A DNA stretch of 64,000 nt from Octopus vulgaris (taxonomy: Eukaryota), in NCBI GenBank assembly GCA_951406725.2, contig OX597814.1:64976001-65040000 (forward strand), given 5' to 3'. The position numbers and the translations under genes are program-made. A model generated the notes under the pieces. The model worked only from the letters and a program-made list of their open reading frames with translations, did no database searches and had not been told where the DNA came from. Position 1 is the first letter of the stretch. Each line of letters begins with the position of its first letter. This document shows positions 1 to 13,759 of this stretch, one piece after another.

Positions 1-278
1 TGAACAATAATAAAGAAAAAGTAAATAACTATGATGATCTGAAGTGAGAAATAGAAGAAACAATAAACATCTATGACGATTTGAAGTGGGAAATATGAAG
101 GTTGTGGGCCATGAAAAGAGTGGACATGATACCACTAGTAACTGGCATACTTGGAGGTAGCAACACTCAGTTACCAACATGGCTTAAAAAGATTTGCACA
201 AATGTAATGATAAGACACCTATAAAAATCATCATTGCGTGGAACTGGAAGAGGTTTCAGCAAGTCTCTTGAAACATGA
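1..278 (+). mobile_element. R4/Dong-clade LINE, degenerate 3' end (restriction-like endonuclease tail)
   Basis: Reads YDDLKWEI*RLWAMKRVDMIPLVTGILG..., matching KYKDLEIEVTRMWNLKTETIPIIVGALG of the copy at 53782-54021. Has stops and a short internal duplication. Confidence 0.7.
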
Positions 279-454
279 TCAGTAAACACCCACAGGATTT
301 CTGCATGATGTCTGTTATTACATATATTTGATATTTAGATTAAATTCATTCCTGCTCCATTCTGATTTAGATTTTCTAAGTATTTCTAATCATATTGGTT
401 TCAAGAATTTGTAGTGAGACACGGAAGCCATAATGTGTTGTCGCGGATTGGCAC

Positions 455-610
455 AGTTGTGCTTTGGCAACTGTAGCGGTTTGGTAAAAGGTATTGACAG
501 AAAAAAGTATGGGGCCTTAAAAATAAGTCCTGGGATTGATTTGTTCGACTAAAGCCCTTCAAGGCGGTGCCCCAACATGGCCGCATTCAAATGACTGACA
601 CAAGTAAAAA
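455..610 (+). mobile_element. SINE family B, 3' fragment
   Basis: AAAATAAGTCCTGGGATTGATTTGTTCGACTAAAG..GGCGGTGCCCCAACATGGCCGCA..TGACTGACACAAGTAAAA. Homologous to 18077-18372, 36040-36455 and 42200-42572. Confidence 0.75.
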
Positions 611-1153
611 TGTTAAAAAAAAGTCGAAATGATCTTAATATCACCAACCTTCATCTCCCTGTCTCTCCTTCAGAAGCACATGTATCTACACACTCACAGA
701 CACCCACCCCACCTACAGTCATACACACACGTATATATCATAAATATCTGAGTGTGCGTATTCCTGAGTATACGTGTGTCTCTGTGTGTGTGTGTGTGTG
801 CGTGCGCGCACGTGTGGTTGTGTTGGAGTAATCGAACATCCCTAATTCGAAATAATATTTGACTCCATACATCTGTAGGGATGTTCTGTTGCTAAGTTGA
901 AATTTAATATTCTACGTTGGCCAGAAGATGACACCGCTGGTCACTGCGAGATATTGAACGCTTATATTACAACAACACACGCGCGTGCACATGCGCATTC
1001 CTACGTACATCTATATATCCTTCATAATTATTGAGATCTATGTTGATATCAATATCTTTATAAAGTATAGATATTGAAATACACTCCTAATTCTGTATTG
1101 TCATTGAAGGTATCCATTTTGATATCAGTAACTGTACGCTATATAAATATTAC

Positions 1154-1495
1154 ATCGACCCCAGAACTCTACTGCTACTTATTTTATCAACTGCGAATGG
1201 ATGAAAAGCGAAGTCGACCATCGTGAAATTTGAACTCAGAACATAGAGACAGACGAAATGTCGCTAAGCATTTCGTTCGGCGCCTTAACGATTCTGACAG
1301 CACGCAGCTTTCCTCTAATACAAATATCGGTTTCAAATTTTGACACAAGGCAAAACAATTCCACTGGTACTTATTTTATCGATTCCAAATGAATGAAACA
1401 CAAGGTCGGCCTTGGTGTAATTTGAACTAACAGCGTTATGACAGACGAAATGCCACTAGGCATTTTGCCCGGAGTGCTAAAGTTTATGCTAGCTC
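1154..1495 (-). mobile_element. Two decayed copies of tRNA-derived SINE family A
   Basis: Reverse complement of the head at 34107-34323. The B-box-like GAGTTCAAAT appears as ATTTGAACTC; TACTTATTTTATC recurs in both copies. Confidence 0.75.
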
Positions 1496-2739
1496 TATAC
1501 AAATATTCAAATATATTGTATACTGTTTATAGATATAGTAGCCATTGTATATCAGTCCATAGAAAGTGTGTTGATGAATGATGTACTAACATCGTTCATC
1601 AACACACTGCCTTGCAATGTTATTTTACAAATGTATTGCAGCGTAATATTGAAAGAAACCAGTAATTTATTAATACATCACTAATTCTTTTTAATCGAGT
1701 TTAAACGCGTCATTCATACAAATTGTTGCATCCTGTTTACTTAGTCACTTGGTATCTGTGGGGTTTAAAGCACAATCGACGTAAACAGCTGAACATCTTT
1801 GTCGGTGTTGAAATCTCAATACAAGTTTGAAACTATTGTGGCTCCAATCACTATTGTTCCTGTCTCTATGAAGATATTGTACATATGTGTGTGTATGTGT
1901 GTGTGTGCATGTACACACATGCACCGCACATGCATGCACAATGAAGTATGCGTGTGCGCTTGCGCTTATGCTTCAAAAGGTCTAAAACAACGACATCACA
2001 ATGTATCATATTATTTCGTATATTTTAGTGTCGGTGATGATCAAATCTATGAAGGTGATCTTCTGTGTGCCTGTAGTCCAACAAGAGAAACAAATAATAA
2101 ATACATCTGACCTGATTCCGTAGAATTTCCATTTACCAAATTTTATTCATAGAGCTATTGAAAGCAATGGTAGAAAAAAAGATCTGATGTGTCTTGTGAA
2201 GTGAATTGTTCTTGTGTCCTTTTAGGACTGAATTTCAATAAAGGCGACATGAATGAATATGTGAATCAAGGAATGAATATATAAATAAGTAAATAGATGA
2301 TAAATATATATAAAAAAAAGTAAATAAACAAAAGCAAAATTTTCAAAAATGCATGGGAACTGCCATTTAAGACAATCTGCAAATCTACGCAGGAGGGTTA
2401 CGTTCAGAGAAACTGAAAGTTGAGAGAAACAAGTTTCGGTAAAATCTGACTAAAACAACAATTGTAACCTAGAGAACAACAACAAGCACAAGAACAAGTT
2501 CAACAACAACAATTTTTTTTTTAAAAAAGCAAGTAAGTTAGTAAAATAAAATGAAGCAATAACAAAGAAGAAAAGAATGGTTGTGGGTGGAGGCAGAAAT
2601 AATGAAATGGTGTCATACTTCCTGATTATTTGACCAGATGTGTGATTCGAGAGATTTAAACAAGTAGAAAAGTAAATGAACGATTGAATGAACGAAGGAG
2701 TAGGCGATGTGAGTAAACGTGTGTCTGCGAGTTTGTATG

Positions 2740-2873
2740 TTTGTATGAGTTTATGTGTGTATGTATATGTGTATATATATATGTATGTATATCTGCATAT
2801 ATGTATGTGTATATAAACGCACACATGTACTTATGCATATATGCATGTACGTATGTCTCTATATATTTATGTA

Positions 2874-2927
<54 letters not shown>

Positions 2928-3240
2928 TGTGAGTATGTATATATGTACATGTGTTTATATCTTTCTATGTACGTACATATATATTTGTACGTATGTATGT
3001 ATATATGTATGTATGTACCTATGTATATCCATGTATGCAGTGTATGTATGCATATATATATATATATATGTTCGTATGTGTGTACGTATGTATTTATGCA
3101 TATGTATATGTATGTGTATGTATGTATGTACGAACGTACGTGTGCATGTATGTACGTACATATATGTGTGAATGTATATATGTAGGCATGTACCTATGTA
3201 TGTCCATGTATACAATATTTATATGAGTATGTGAGTTTGT
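2740..3240. repeat. Compound (TA)n/(TATG)n/(TG)n microsatellite field
   Basis: Directly visible; it generates the spurious YI/MYVC ORFs. Confidence 0.95.
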
Positions 3241-3533
3241 AAGAAAGATATCAGAAAGGGGTCTGTGTAGTTGCGTGTTGCGCGCGCGCGCGTGCGTGAG
3301 GGAGAGCGAACGTGTACTTGTGTGAAAGAGACTAGAGTATATGTTTATGTATGGATGCATGTGTACGTGCGCCTGTGAGAGAATATGGACTGACGTATGA
3401 TATATGTGCGTGTGTGTTTGTGTTCGTGTGTCTGTGCGTATGTCTGCGTGTGTGTGTGTCTACGAGTGTATGTCTATAAGATAAAAGATTATGTACATGC
3501 GTAAAATAAACTGGAGTTTGCGCATACGAGAAA

Positions 3534-3573
<40 letters not shown>

Positions 3574-3847
3574 AATAAGAAATATGTGCTTGTATTAATA
3601 TGAGAATATAGCATGTGTAAGTATTTATGTATGTTTGTGCGTGTGGCTGTGCGTGAATGAATGAATGAATGAATGAATGATGAATGGGTAGATAGGTAAA
3701 TAAATAAATAAAACCTGTTTAAATAGGGATGATTTGGTGTGAAAAATGAACTTCGACAGCCGTGACACTAACTTCCTCGCCCCGCCAAATACTCTCTTTA
3801 CCTCGTTCACTCGCTCACTCCTTTACACGCTATTTACCCATCTCTTC

Positions 3848-3892
<45 letters not shown>

Positions 3893-4063
3893 TGTGTTTG
3901 TGTACGGGTGTTTGTGTATATACATATAAACTTACTTGGAAATGGATGCGTGGCGTTCAGTCATATAATAATATAAGTTATAGTGACGCACTCATATATA
4001 TACATATATATATATATATGTATATGGAAACACATACACACATGCACACACAAACACACATAC

Positions 4064-4108
<45 letters not shown>

Positions 4109-4599
4109 AAGTGCTAAGTAAGGGAAAGAATGAAAGTATGTGACAGGAAAAGAGAAAGAAAAGAGGGTGAGAAAGAAATAGAGAAAGAGAGAGAGAGTGT
4201 GTGTGTGTAGAAAAGGGGAGGGTGAAGAGGAATGACCTGCTGTGTTGAAGATGACTTTTGAGTAAACTTTTTTCCGCCGAATGAAATTACACACGAAAGT
4301 TTTTGGGATAGGTGTGAGGTATGTAGAAACAGCATTCAAAGAAAAACTAAAAAATAATCAAATGTAAGAAAAGAAAAAAGAGCAGCCAATGATGATAACA
4401 ATGATGATGATAATGATGGTGCGAGTAATGATGATACTGAAGAAAAGAAAGTGGAGAAGTAAATAAATAGAAGAGAAAGGAATGAAGAAGTATGAAACTA
4501 TCAAATAATAAACATACAAAACTACAACACATACACACGCTCACACACACGTACATCACATAAACATACATACATAAATATACACACACATTTACATAC

Positions 4600-4642
<43 letters not shown>

Positions 4643-5203
4643 CGTATATATATATATACATATATATAAATACACGTACATATGTGTGCGTTTTTGTGTA
4701 CATGTGTGTATACATACACACTCACCCCCTACATATATATGCATATGCGTGGTTGTATGTATGTGCGTATGTATGTATGTGTGTGTATGTATTTATTCGT
4801 GCATGTATCCCTACCAGCAGTAACTCTACCAGCTATGCAATCTTTACTATTGCCATCATCATCTTACTCTTGATTTATGACAACATATCAAGCAGTATTG
4901 AGTGCAGTCGATCCCTGTATAGAGTACCGCGTTTTATCCTTGAGCAACGTACTTCATTTCCTTTTGCTCTTGTTCACTTCCCTGAAAACGTGCACTTGCC
5001 GCTGGAGATTAATATTGAGATGGAATGATCAGGCTGCCTACTGGCGTCCCGAGACACACTTAAACGTTTAAACGCTAAAATTTGAAGAGAACTGACTGTA
5101 ACTTCAGCGGGTCAAGCAACCAAATAAGAGTTCCTTATGGTCAGTATGTTACTATATATAAGTTCTAGATCAGTTCTAATAGAGCACATTTATGATCGGG
5201 TGC

Positions 5204-5272
<69 letters not shown>

Positions 5273-5441
5273 CATTTTTTGTTAACAAATCCGAAGACTT
5301 TGTAAGTCATGGAGAAAGATTGATTATGAAAGTCTGTTTTCTTCGTAACTTACAAAGCCTTCGGGTTTGTTTACAAATATTATATGTAGCATTAGACAGT
5401 TATGTATCTATACATATAATTTGGCTTAATTTGATGAGTGA

Positions 5442-5512
5442 GCGTGTTAGCCCAATCGGATGCACGACGAGCCGTTTAAGTGTTGATTTGTGGGTTCGAT
5501 TCTGGTCTGCGT
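5442..5512 (+). pseudogene. tRNA-derived remnant (tRNA pseudogene or SINE head)
   Basis: A-box-like TAGCCCAATCGG and B-box-like GGTTCGATTCT at tRNA spacing; stems do not pair cleanly. Confidence 0.45.
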
Positions 5513-5704
5513 TAGCTCATTATTTTTCAGTCAATCGGAGTAAATATATATATAGTAAATTATATAGTTATTATTGTGTGTACGTACGTACGTACGTACG
5601 TATGTATGTATGTATGTACGTACGTATGTACGTATGTATGTATGTATGTATGTAAACATTCATATATCTATAATATACATACACACACACATCATCATCA
5701 TGGA

Positions 5705-6350
5705 ATGATGCAACAGGTGTATAGCTGATTGGATTCTGAAATCATTCAAAACTAGAAAAAAGGATAACATGCTACTCCTATAGAGAACTTTCGTTCCCAT
5801 TCATCTAGATTACTGCTCCGGGCTGTGATCACCGCAGAGAGTCAAACTGGTGGCGGAACTTGAAACAATCCGGCGGAAGCAATCCGGCACCACTAGACGA
5901 AGAAGTGTGACCTGCTGAAACAGATTAGCTACTGGTGGAGGCTAAAGGAACTGAAAATGTACTCCGTAGAGTGAATGCGTGAGAGATATGCAGTGATATA
6001 TATATGGAAGATTTTATAACCTCCCGGTTCTGGAATTGAAAACTACACCAGTTACCGAACTCGACGGCACAACATAGTGCCAAAGACCCCATCTTCTACA
6101 TCTCGAATAACAACCCATGACTGTAACAGATTGGGTTTCATAGATACACAACTATTCAACATTCTGCCAAACAACCAGATGTAGATGTAATGGTCTTCAT
6201 AGAGTATTTGAACAAATTTTTATGATATACCAGATGAACCTGTATCGTGGGAAAAGGCATAAAACCAAACACTGTGCAGAAAAGAAACCCAAACGCACTG
6301 AAAGACGGTGCTTCAGCATGGCTCCAGCCTGCGGCTGAAGCAAGTAAAGG
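5705..6350 (+). mobile_element. CR1/L2-group LINE, degenerate ORF2 C-terminus and 3' UTR
   Basis: Across frameshifts: WILKSFKTR, HLDYCS, SYWWRLKELKMYS, RERYAVIYIWKIL, QLFNILP, IPDEP. Confidence 0.75.
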
Positions 6351-6509
6351 TTTTAAAAGTAAAAATAAAAGAAAAAAAACTACAGCTGTGTTAGAGATAC
6401 GTTTGATCATAATTCACCAAGAGCTATACTACAACAACCAAAGGTAAAATGCAATTTACGATGTAATTCCAATAGTATCTCTGCAGTTAGAGCATCTAAT
6501 TTTATTTAT

Positions 6510-6950
6510 TTACCAATCACTGTTCTCTCCTCTTGGTCCTGGGCATTCTTTATACATCCTGGTCCTTTCACCCAGTCAGTAAGCGAAGAAATTTCATTAG
6601 GCCGCCCTCCTCATATACTACCTTTCACATTTTCCAAGCATAATTATATTTCAACCACTTTATCGTTTTACTTATGAATCTGAACCAAAGTATTTTTCTC
6701 TGCTGCCTTGCTGCTTTTATGAGTTATACTCTGTTTTTTCTAAGGCGCAATTGGAAGAATATTTGTCTAAAAAGCCGACTGACTATAAAGAGGCTCTCTC
6801 CTGGCCACAGTCTGCTTTTATGATCCGTTTCCTCTATCCAGTGGCTACCATTAAAAATGTGGGTAAAATAAACACCAATGGCTTTGTTGAACTGTCTGTA
6901 AAATCTGAAGAATTTTACGTGAACCATTCCGTTATGGTATAGTGAACAGC
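6510..6950 (-). mobile_element. Highly decayed RTE-like LINE 3' region
   Basis: Minus frame ENVKGSI*GGRP..LTDWVK..AQDQEERTVI resembles the RTE C-terminal GxRxRGRP..AQDRxxW pattern. Confidence 0.4.
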
Positions 6951-7247
6951 TGAACAGACCATACTATAACAATGCATCACTGAGAAATACTACTGAGAAA
7001 TACAACAGCTTCACTTACGTATTTCGTATGCCATATGCAAAAAATATGTTCAAATGTCAAAACAAAAATAAATTTTATCGGAGAAATTTCAGCAGCAATG
7101 TGGGATACTAACAACTGAATATATACAAACGTGCACTCATCCGTAAAAAGACCTCAAAATATACGTGCTCTTATGATAATGAATGATAATTGCTAAAATA
7201 GTAATTTCATAAATTATCTAAATAGTAATTTTAGTAATTGTCTAAAC

Positions 7248-7476
7248 CAATTCTACTCAAAGTGGTGGCCCGCGGGCCGGTGCTATTCCGCAAGCCATCA
7301 GCTGCCGGTACGCGGCAAGTTTCCAGAAAAGAAACAGTAGCATAATTTCAGTAAAAAATTGTCAACTTTTATTATCTTCATTATATATTCGCTCTCGCGT
7401 CCCATGTTTGATCTTTGACCGGTCTGGCCATTGGAAATCAGCCGGTATGTCACATCTGATAGTTTGAGAAGCATTG
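7248..7476. mobile_element. hAT (Charlie-like) MITE
   Basis: TIRs CAATTCTACTCAAA / TTTGAGAAGCATTG; perfect 8-bp TSD GTCTAAAC at 7240-7247 and 7477-7484. Confidence 0.85.
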
Positions 7477-7951
7477 GTCTAAACAGCAGTTTAGTTATCT
7501 CCGATAAATGAAAAATTTCAAACGGGGATCAAAACAAAATTGGTCCCCGGCAAACTGATATATACTATCTATAGTAATACATATTTCTGACGCAGATACA
7601 AAACATAAGATTTCTAGAAAAAGGTTGAAAGTATATTCATGAGGTTTTTAAAATATGCCGCGTCGTGCCCATAGTTATTATCGTATTCTACACCATTTTA
7701 ACAACAAAATAAGTCTTAAACAGTTACAAGGCAGTAGTAGCAGATCGAACTGGGTTCTTCAGCATAATTTGTATTGATTTCTGTGAGAGGAAAATAACAA
7801 TTCCACTTTACAAGGCAATGTTTCAACACGAAATTGTAAAACACTTTTAGTTCATTGTCCGACCGTTTCTGCCACTTTATTTTAAAAGATTATTATTATC
7901 ATCTTTTTTTTGTTACTAATTATCTTAACTTTAGGTTTGAATTTTATTGTT

Positions 7952-8015
<64 letters not shown>

Positions 8016-8018
8016 GTG

Positions 8019-8069
<51 letters not shown>

Positions 8070-9440
8070 ACATACATACATATCTATACTCATAACTGTT
8101 CATCACTAAAGATCAGGTTCTTAGACTGAATATTTTTTAGTATTGAATTTGTATAAAAAGAATAGATCCGTGGCCTGCAGCTGCGAGGATACATGTTGAG
8201 AGCTGATCAACCCCACCCCTGTGTCAACAAGAATATGCATGAGATTTATCTCGGAAATAAACGGAGCAGTTTATCTCAATTGGCAATTTTACTAGAATTT
8301 TCATGGGCGAATGGTTTACATTTACTATTATTGAATTTGCAATCAATGTGACAATGACAACTATGATGGCAACGAAGACAATACCAATGATAACGTTATC
8401 ATTATCAAAATCGGCAGTGATAATGCTGTTGATGTTCATGGTGAAGACGATGAAATCAACAGCGGTGACGACGACGACGACGACGAGAATGATGGTAATA
8501 GTGATGAGGATTTCGAGTGGGGACTAGACGAACGATAATGAAGCAAAATTAAGCACTGCTGATGACGACGAGCACTGTGATAGCTGTTGGCATTGGCGGA
8601 GGTTGCAAGAAAACAACGCTGAGAAGACAACTTTAAATCCTATGCATTAATCTTGTAAATATGAATTTAAGGGATTACATCGATTAAAAAAATAGAGAAA
8701 GGTGAGGAAGAAGAAAAAATCTCAGGATATCGGTATCACTTCTATCTTCCGTACAACTTGCTGTGCGTGTAGTAGAGAACGGTGACAGAGGTAATGGTTG
8801 TTGTTGCTGTTGTTAGTGGTGGTGGATGCAGTGGCGGTTGTGCTGGAGATGGTGGTGGATGGTGTTGGATGGCTGTAGGTGAAATGGAGTGAACGAAACG
8901 CGTTTTAACTTTGTTTCTATTCTAGATGTTTAATTCCTACCCCCACGAACCTCGACCGCCACCAACACCAACACCATTAATACCACACCAGCTTACATAC
9001 ATCTTCGTCTTTCCCCGATACCAGATATAGGCGTTTGTTTATTTGTATAGATTTATCCATCGTACTCTTGTTTATTATATAGCCGTTCGCTTACTAATAA
9101 CTTTCCTTCTTCCTCTCTCCCTCTCTCTATTTTAAGATGTTTTTTACCCACTATTTTTCAATCTTTCTTTCACAATTTACACCAAGTTTCCGACTTTTCT
9201 CACTATTTTTTTTTCGGTTTCTTTCATTCATGTTTTCAATCCGTTCATTCATTTCTTTGTTTTTCATTCATTGACTGGCAATTTAACTAATTATATCATT
9301 CCTTATCTCAAACATATTCGTTGTCCTTCCTAACCTTCATATTTATTTCATCACTGAACGAACCTGTTAATATTTTATACTAAACATGTCAACCTCTTAT
9401 TCACTCGCTTAAATATTTGTGTGATTGTGTTTATGTGTGT

Positions 9441-9479
<39 letters not shown>

Positions 9480-9565
9480 TGCATATGTATATTTATGCAT
9501 TCGTAGTGCATATATGTAGGTATATGCAAATGTATGCATGCACTCTTACATACACACTCTCACAC

Positions 9566-9607
<42 letters not shown>

Positions 9608-9851
9608 ACACACACATGATAGATGTATAAGAATGAAGTTGACATTGAAATTACACAACGAGCACTTCCATGAGAATAGATATTTGCTATTTATTAATAG
9701 ATTACGTAAAGGAACAAAATAACCAAGCCATTTCTTCAGACGTGACTTGAATTATCAAAACACAAAATGGTCTGCAACATGCGATAGTGATGGAAATTTA
9801 CAGACAGTAATATGTAATAGAATTCAATAGTATTTACTATTAGGACACCAT

Positions 9852-9880
9852 CATACACCCAACGGTATTCCCAGGCGATC
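9852..9880 (-). pseudogene. Possible short 5S rRNA 3' fragment
   Basis: CGGTATTCCCAGGCGATC nearly matches the reverse complement of 5S GACCGCCTGGGAATACCG; very short. Confidence 0.3.
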
Positions 9881-12249
9881 GGCAGCAGTTTACAGGAAAT
9901 GATGTTAACTGATTAGAGTTATTATCTAAAAGCATGACAAAATTCCGGCATATCATTTGAAGTGAAAAATTTTGAGCAATTAGTATAATGCGATAGCCAC
10001 TCTGCCGGTTCGCTTCTACAATTTTTGTATTAGATTTGTGTGAATCGTCTTAAAAGAGGCAAATACTTTATGTCTAGGGACACCAGAAACATCATTATTA
10101 TATTTCTTATATCAGGTCAGGTGTTTTCAAACACTAAATCTTTTGTGATATTTCTGTGTTCGAGTATTTTGGTAAAATTCTTCGAGACTAATGAAATAAA
10201 TACAGATATGCGTTTTATTCATTTGCACGAGAATATGCTTACAAATATGTTAAGTCGTATGACTGTTTTAAGCCAATGAAGGTCAGTTGAACAGCTGAAA
10301 TGTCAAAACACGTGTCCCTGTATTTTTGATAACATGCATTTCATTCGGCTAAGGTCAATACATTTGCTACACAAGTGAGATTAACAAATCAGCTATGCTC
10401 TATCTCATGAACATGTAAAGGTGAACGTAACAAATCATTTATGTTAAGGACTGTGAGTGTTGTCCAAATCCATCAAACATATTATGGCCGTTTTCTAACG
10501 TTCCAGTTCCGTGTTCTGATGATTCTCTTGTGCTGTTTTATTTACTTCGTTTTGTATCAACAAATACAACTTGTATATTAATTAAGTCCAAGTATTTTTT
10601 TCCTCTAAAGAAAAAATAATGAAGGTCGTTGGTAGTGCGTTTAGTAGTTCAGAATGACAGAGGGTTGAAGCTAAATATGCCATCATTTTTATAATATCTT
10701 TAATTGTAACTTCAATTTGTTTCTAATATTTCATTGGCTGAAGGAATAGATATGGATTTCATTCACAGAAATCTAAAGTAAATAGAATACAATATATGTG
10801 AAAGTGTCTGGGCAAAGCAAATTACAATGTATAACTTTGACTTCTGATTTCATGTTCAAATCAAGACGTGGTCAAATTAGTATTTCACATCGCAAACTAC
10901 GATAAGTGCAGGTGTATCTCAACAACAGCAGTAGCTATAACGGTTGGAAGATTGTTAATTATTATCCTGTCATTGGCAGTTTTCTTTATTCCGTAACCAA
11001 CACACCTAACTCCGAAATATCAAAGTAACGCTCAATGTGGACAACTACATCCCTCTTAGTAGTAACGGCATTAATAATGATAAGTGTTTTGTTAGATGGC
11101 AATACTAACAACTTCCAATGCGATTTTCTGTATAACATATATATCGCTCGTCACACTCACTGTCTGTTATTCTATATTTCTTTTACCATTTAATGTTTTC
11201 TATAATTCTTCATTTTTATCTCAATAGTAGCAGTCATATTTTATTCATTCTACATCATACTCTGTTGTTACAGTAGATGTATTGGTACACCTAAACACTT
11301 TAAAATTCTATTTGCTATCTTCTCTATAATTCTTACTTCTTATAATCTGCCTTAATCCTCCAGATTTCATTATATTTCCATGTATGCTTGTTCACTCTTC
11401 TGTCTAAATTTCATTTGACTATTCACTTCTCTTTCTTCACATTCGTCTCGTGATACTTCTCCTCTCCATCACACGCGCATGCACGTACACACACACTCAC
11501 ACTATTCTTTCGCTTCCACCAATTCTTTTTTTGTTTCCATTCGGTTTCTGTTTTCTTTCCTAAGATTATTTTTTAAAAAGGACATGTAAAACAGACGACA
11601 GAAACAATTTTTGCTAAACTCTAGAATGGTTACTTTATCCGTTATTTCAAAATTATCTACTACTCCAAGCTCACTTCCTTTTTACCTCCTCATTTTCACC
11701 GAACTCTTTTTTGTTGATTTTATTGTTGTTCTTAATTTTATATTATTGCTATTATAGTTATTGTTCCCTTATTTCCCAAGTCTTCTTTTATATATTTTCT
11801 TATTTAATTGTTGTTTGCGCTTTTGGCTTTTGTTTTCTGTATTACCTTATACCCTCATTTGTTTATCCTTGTGGTAAAGTAAACACAGAGTCGAACAAAT
11901 AAAGTTACATCTACGTGAATTTTAAACCTAGTAGAAAAATAGCCAAATCTTCAAATAACGCTGTATCGTCTCGAAAGAGGATAAACGAAATGTTTGTGCT
12001 ATCGTTACAGCTCGAATAATTATAATAACAGGTATATTAGCCTGACCAGGAGCTAAACAACATGGTCGCAGACTATATAACTTCTCATACTTACTTTCAC
12101 CTTTTTACTTACTACATTCAAACCCTGGTAAAATCAATATTGTCAGACCAATATTGTAAAATCAATATTGTCCATAGTTTCCAAGTCAAAAGTCCCCCAT
12201 CATATACCACCAGCCAGTTAACTCTCGTTGATGCCTAGATTTTTGTAAC

Positions 12250-13350
12250 TCTTCCACCTCACTTATAGAACACTGACGTGAAAGTTCAGTCGAATGCATT
12301 GCTCGACTTGTTCAAAGCTGTGAAAACCTGTAAGAACCTGCAATATTCTAGATATTAGGTGTCCAGGACTTAATTTCATTTGACTCAGAACTGCAGCTCA
12401 TTTAAAGATATGAGTCGTAGAAAGCCGGACCTGACAAAGGGCAGCTGCACCTGCTTACCGCTTAGATGCTACAGCCTCAGAAAAAATGTCTACACATTAA
12501 TAGCTACGGTATACCAAGTCCTTTGTCCAGAAAATCTTAATAGCTGATGGACCGCCTGGCTAGTAGAACGGGTTTCTTCCATAAAAACGAAATTGCAAGC
12601 TCTCCAAACTGGTCAGTCACGAAACAGAGTAAGGCACATCGGTCAGGCAGCACTTTAGATTATATATGCATTCGCTACATTTTCCTGATTTCCTCTCAGA
12701 CTATTTGTGAGACAAGCTATTCTACTTGTCACCTCGTTCTGGTTCCTATTCATTTGGAAGTCCGGATGCAAGTTGACCCCAAGAAACCTAACTCCCGGAC
12801 CGCAATAACACTGTTTCATAGCATGGTCACGATGCTGCAGTTGTTGAGCCGGGAGATTTTTGCGACTGCCAAATACTTGGTATTTCTTTAGAATGTACTA
12901 ATTATATGGTCCGACCACCTCGATATCTGTGATGTCCGATACAACAACTGTGACATCTCCACATACACCGACAAGGCTCTTTCGTGTCCCAGTTTTAATG
13001 AATTACCCTTCAACAAGACCAGTTTCTGTAGTAGCGGGCTGAGAGTCATTTTGATTAGAGGAGATGAGAGAAAGAACATCTTTGATGGACCAAGAACATG
13101 AACTTAAGTTATTCCAGTAGGTGGACAGTGTTTCTGATAACCTAGCAGATGCCGCTGTGTAATGAAGTGATCCAGAGCCAGAACGCCAAGAAGCGATGGT
13201 TGACCTGTCAAAAGCCTGCCATTAATCCAAGTTAAGTAGAATCCCATGAAAGCTAGGTTTAATAACTATCCTCTCTGCAATGAGATGGAGGTCGTCACAC
13301 TCACTCTCTGTTATTCTATATTTGTAAACGAGTGCGATTTAAAGCAGCAT
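12250..13350 (+). mobile_element. Very degenerate L1/Tx1-like LINE
   Basis: Fragments LGVQ, DKGQLHLL, SGSTLDYI (endonuclease), VDLSKA (RT) and PLCNEME (zinc knuckle) in the expected order. Confidence 0.45.
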
Positions 13351-13759
13351 GTCACGCTTAGTATTTTTCTTATTGTAATTGCTGTTACAATTTTTGCATC
13401 CATGCTTTCTCAATAATTTCTTTTAGTATTTTCCAATCGTTTGCTTTTTCTACCTATTCTTTCTTTTTGTCTCTCTATCTGATACACGAACTTCCTTCAG
13501 TTGTCTCCCTTTATAATCGATTACATATTAAACTCAGTCCAGATTCTCTCTTTACCACACCCCTTGTATAATCACATCCCACATCACTCTCTCTCCCTGT
13601 CTCTCTCTTTATTGTATGTATGATTGTATATATGTATTTGTATTTACTTAAGATTGTATGTGCGCAAGTATGAATGTACGTATTTCCGTAATTAGATTCT
13701 TTATTCTTTTCGTCAACTTTTACGCAACATATACTTCAAATTTTAAGAGAAGGCCTTGC

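Noticed and set aside
2450-3360. Many long overlapping ORFs (YIYI, MYVC, HTHT), also at 14900-15390, 26371-27325, 37400-38600 and 62000-63490
   Set aside because: Stop-free translations of microsatellites on both strands; no domain content.
5885-5940. Hammerhead-like ACGAAGA..GAAA..TA pattern
   Set aside because: Lies inside CR1 ORF2 coding remnant (TKK..SYWWRLKEL); stems are poor.
6742-6942. Exon-like + strand frame after a pyrimidine tract and AG (AQLEEYLSKKPTDY...)
   Set aside because: No recognisable protein family and no partner exons; the opposite strand nearby looks like a decayed RTE.
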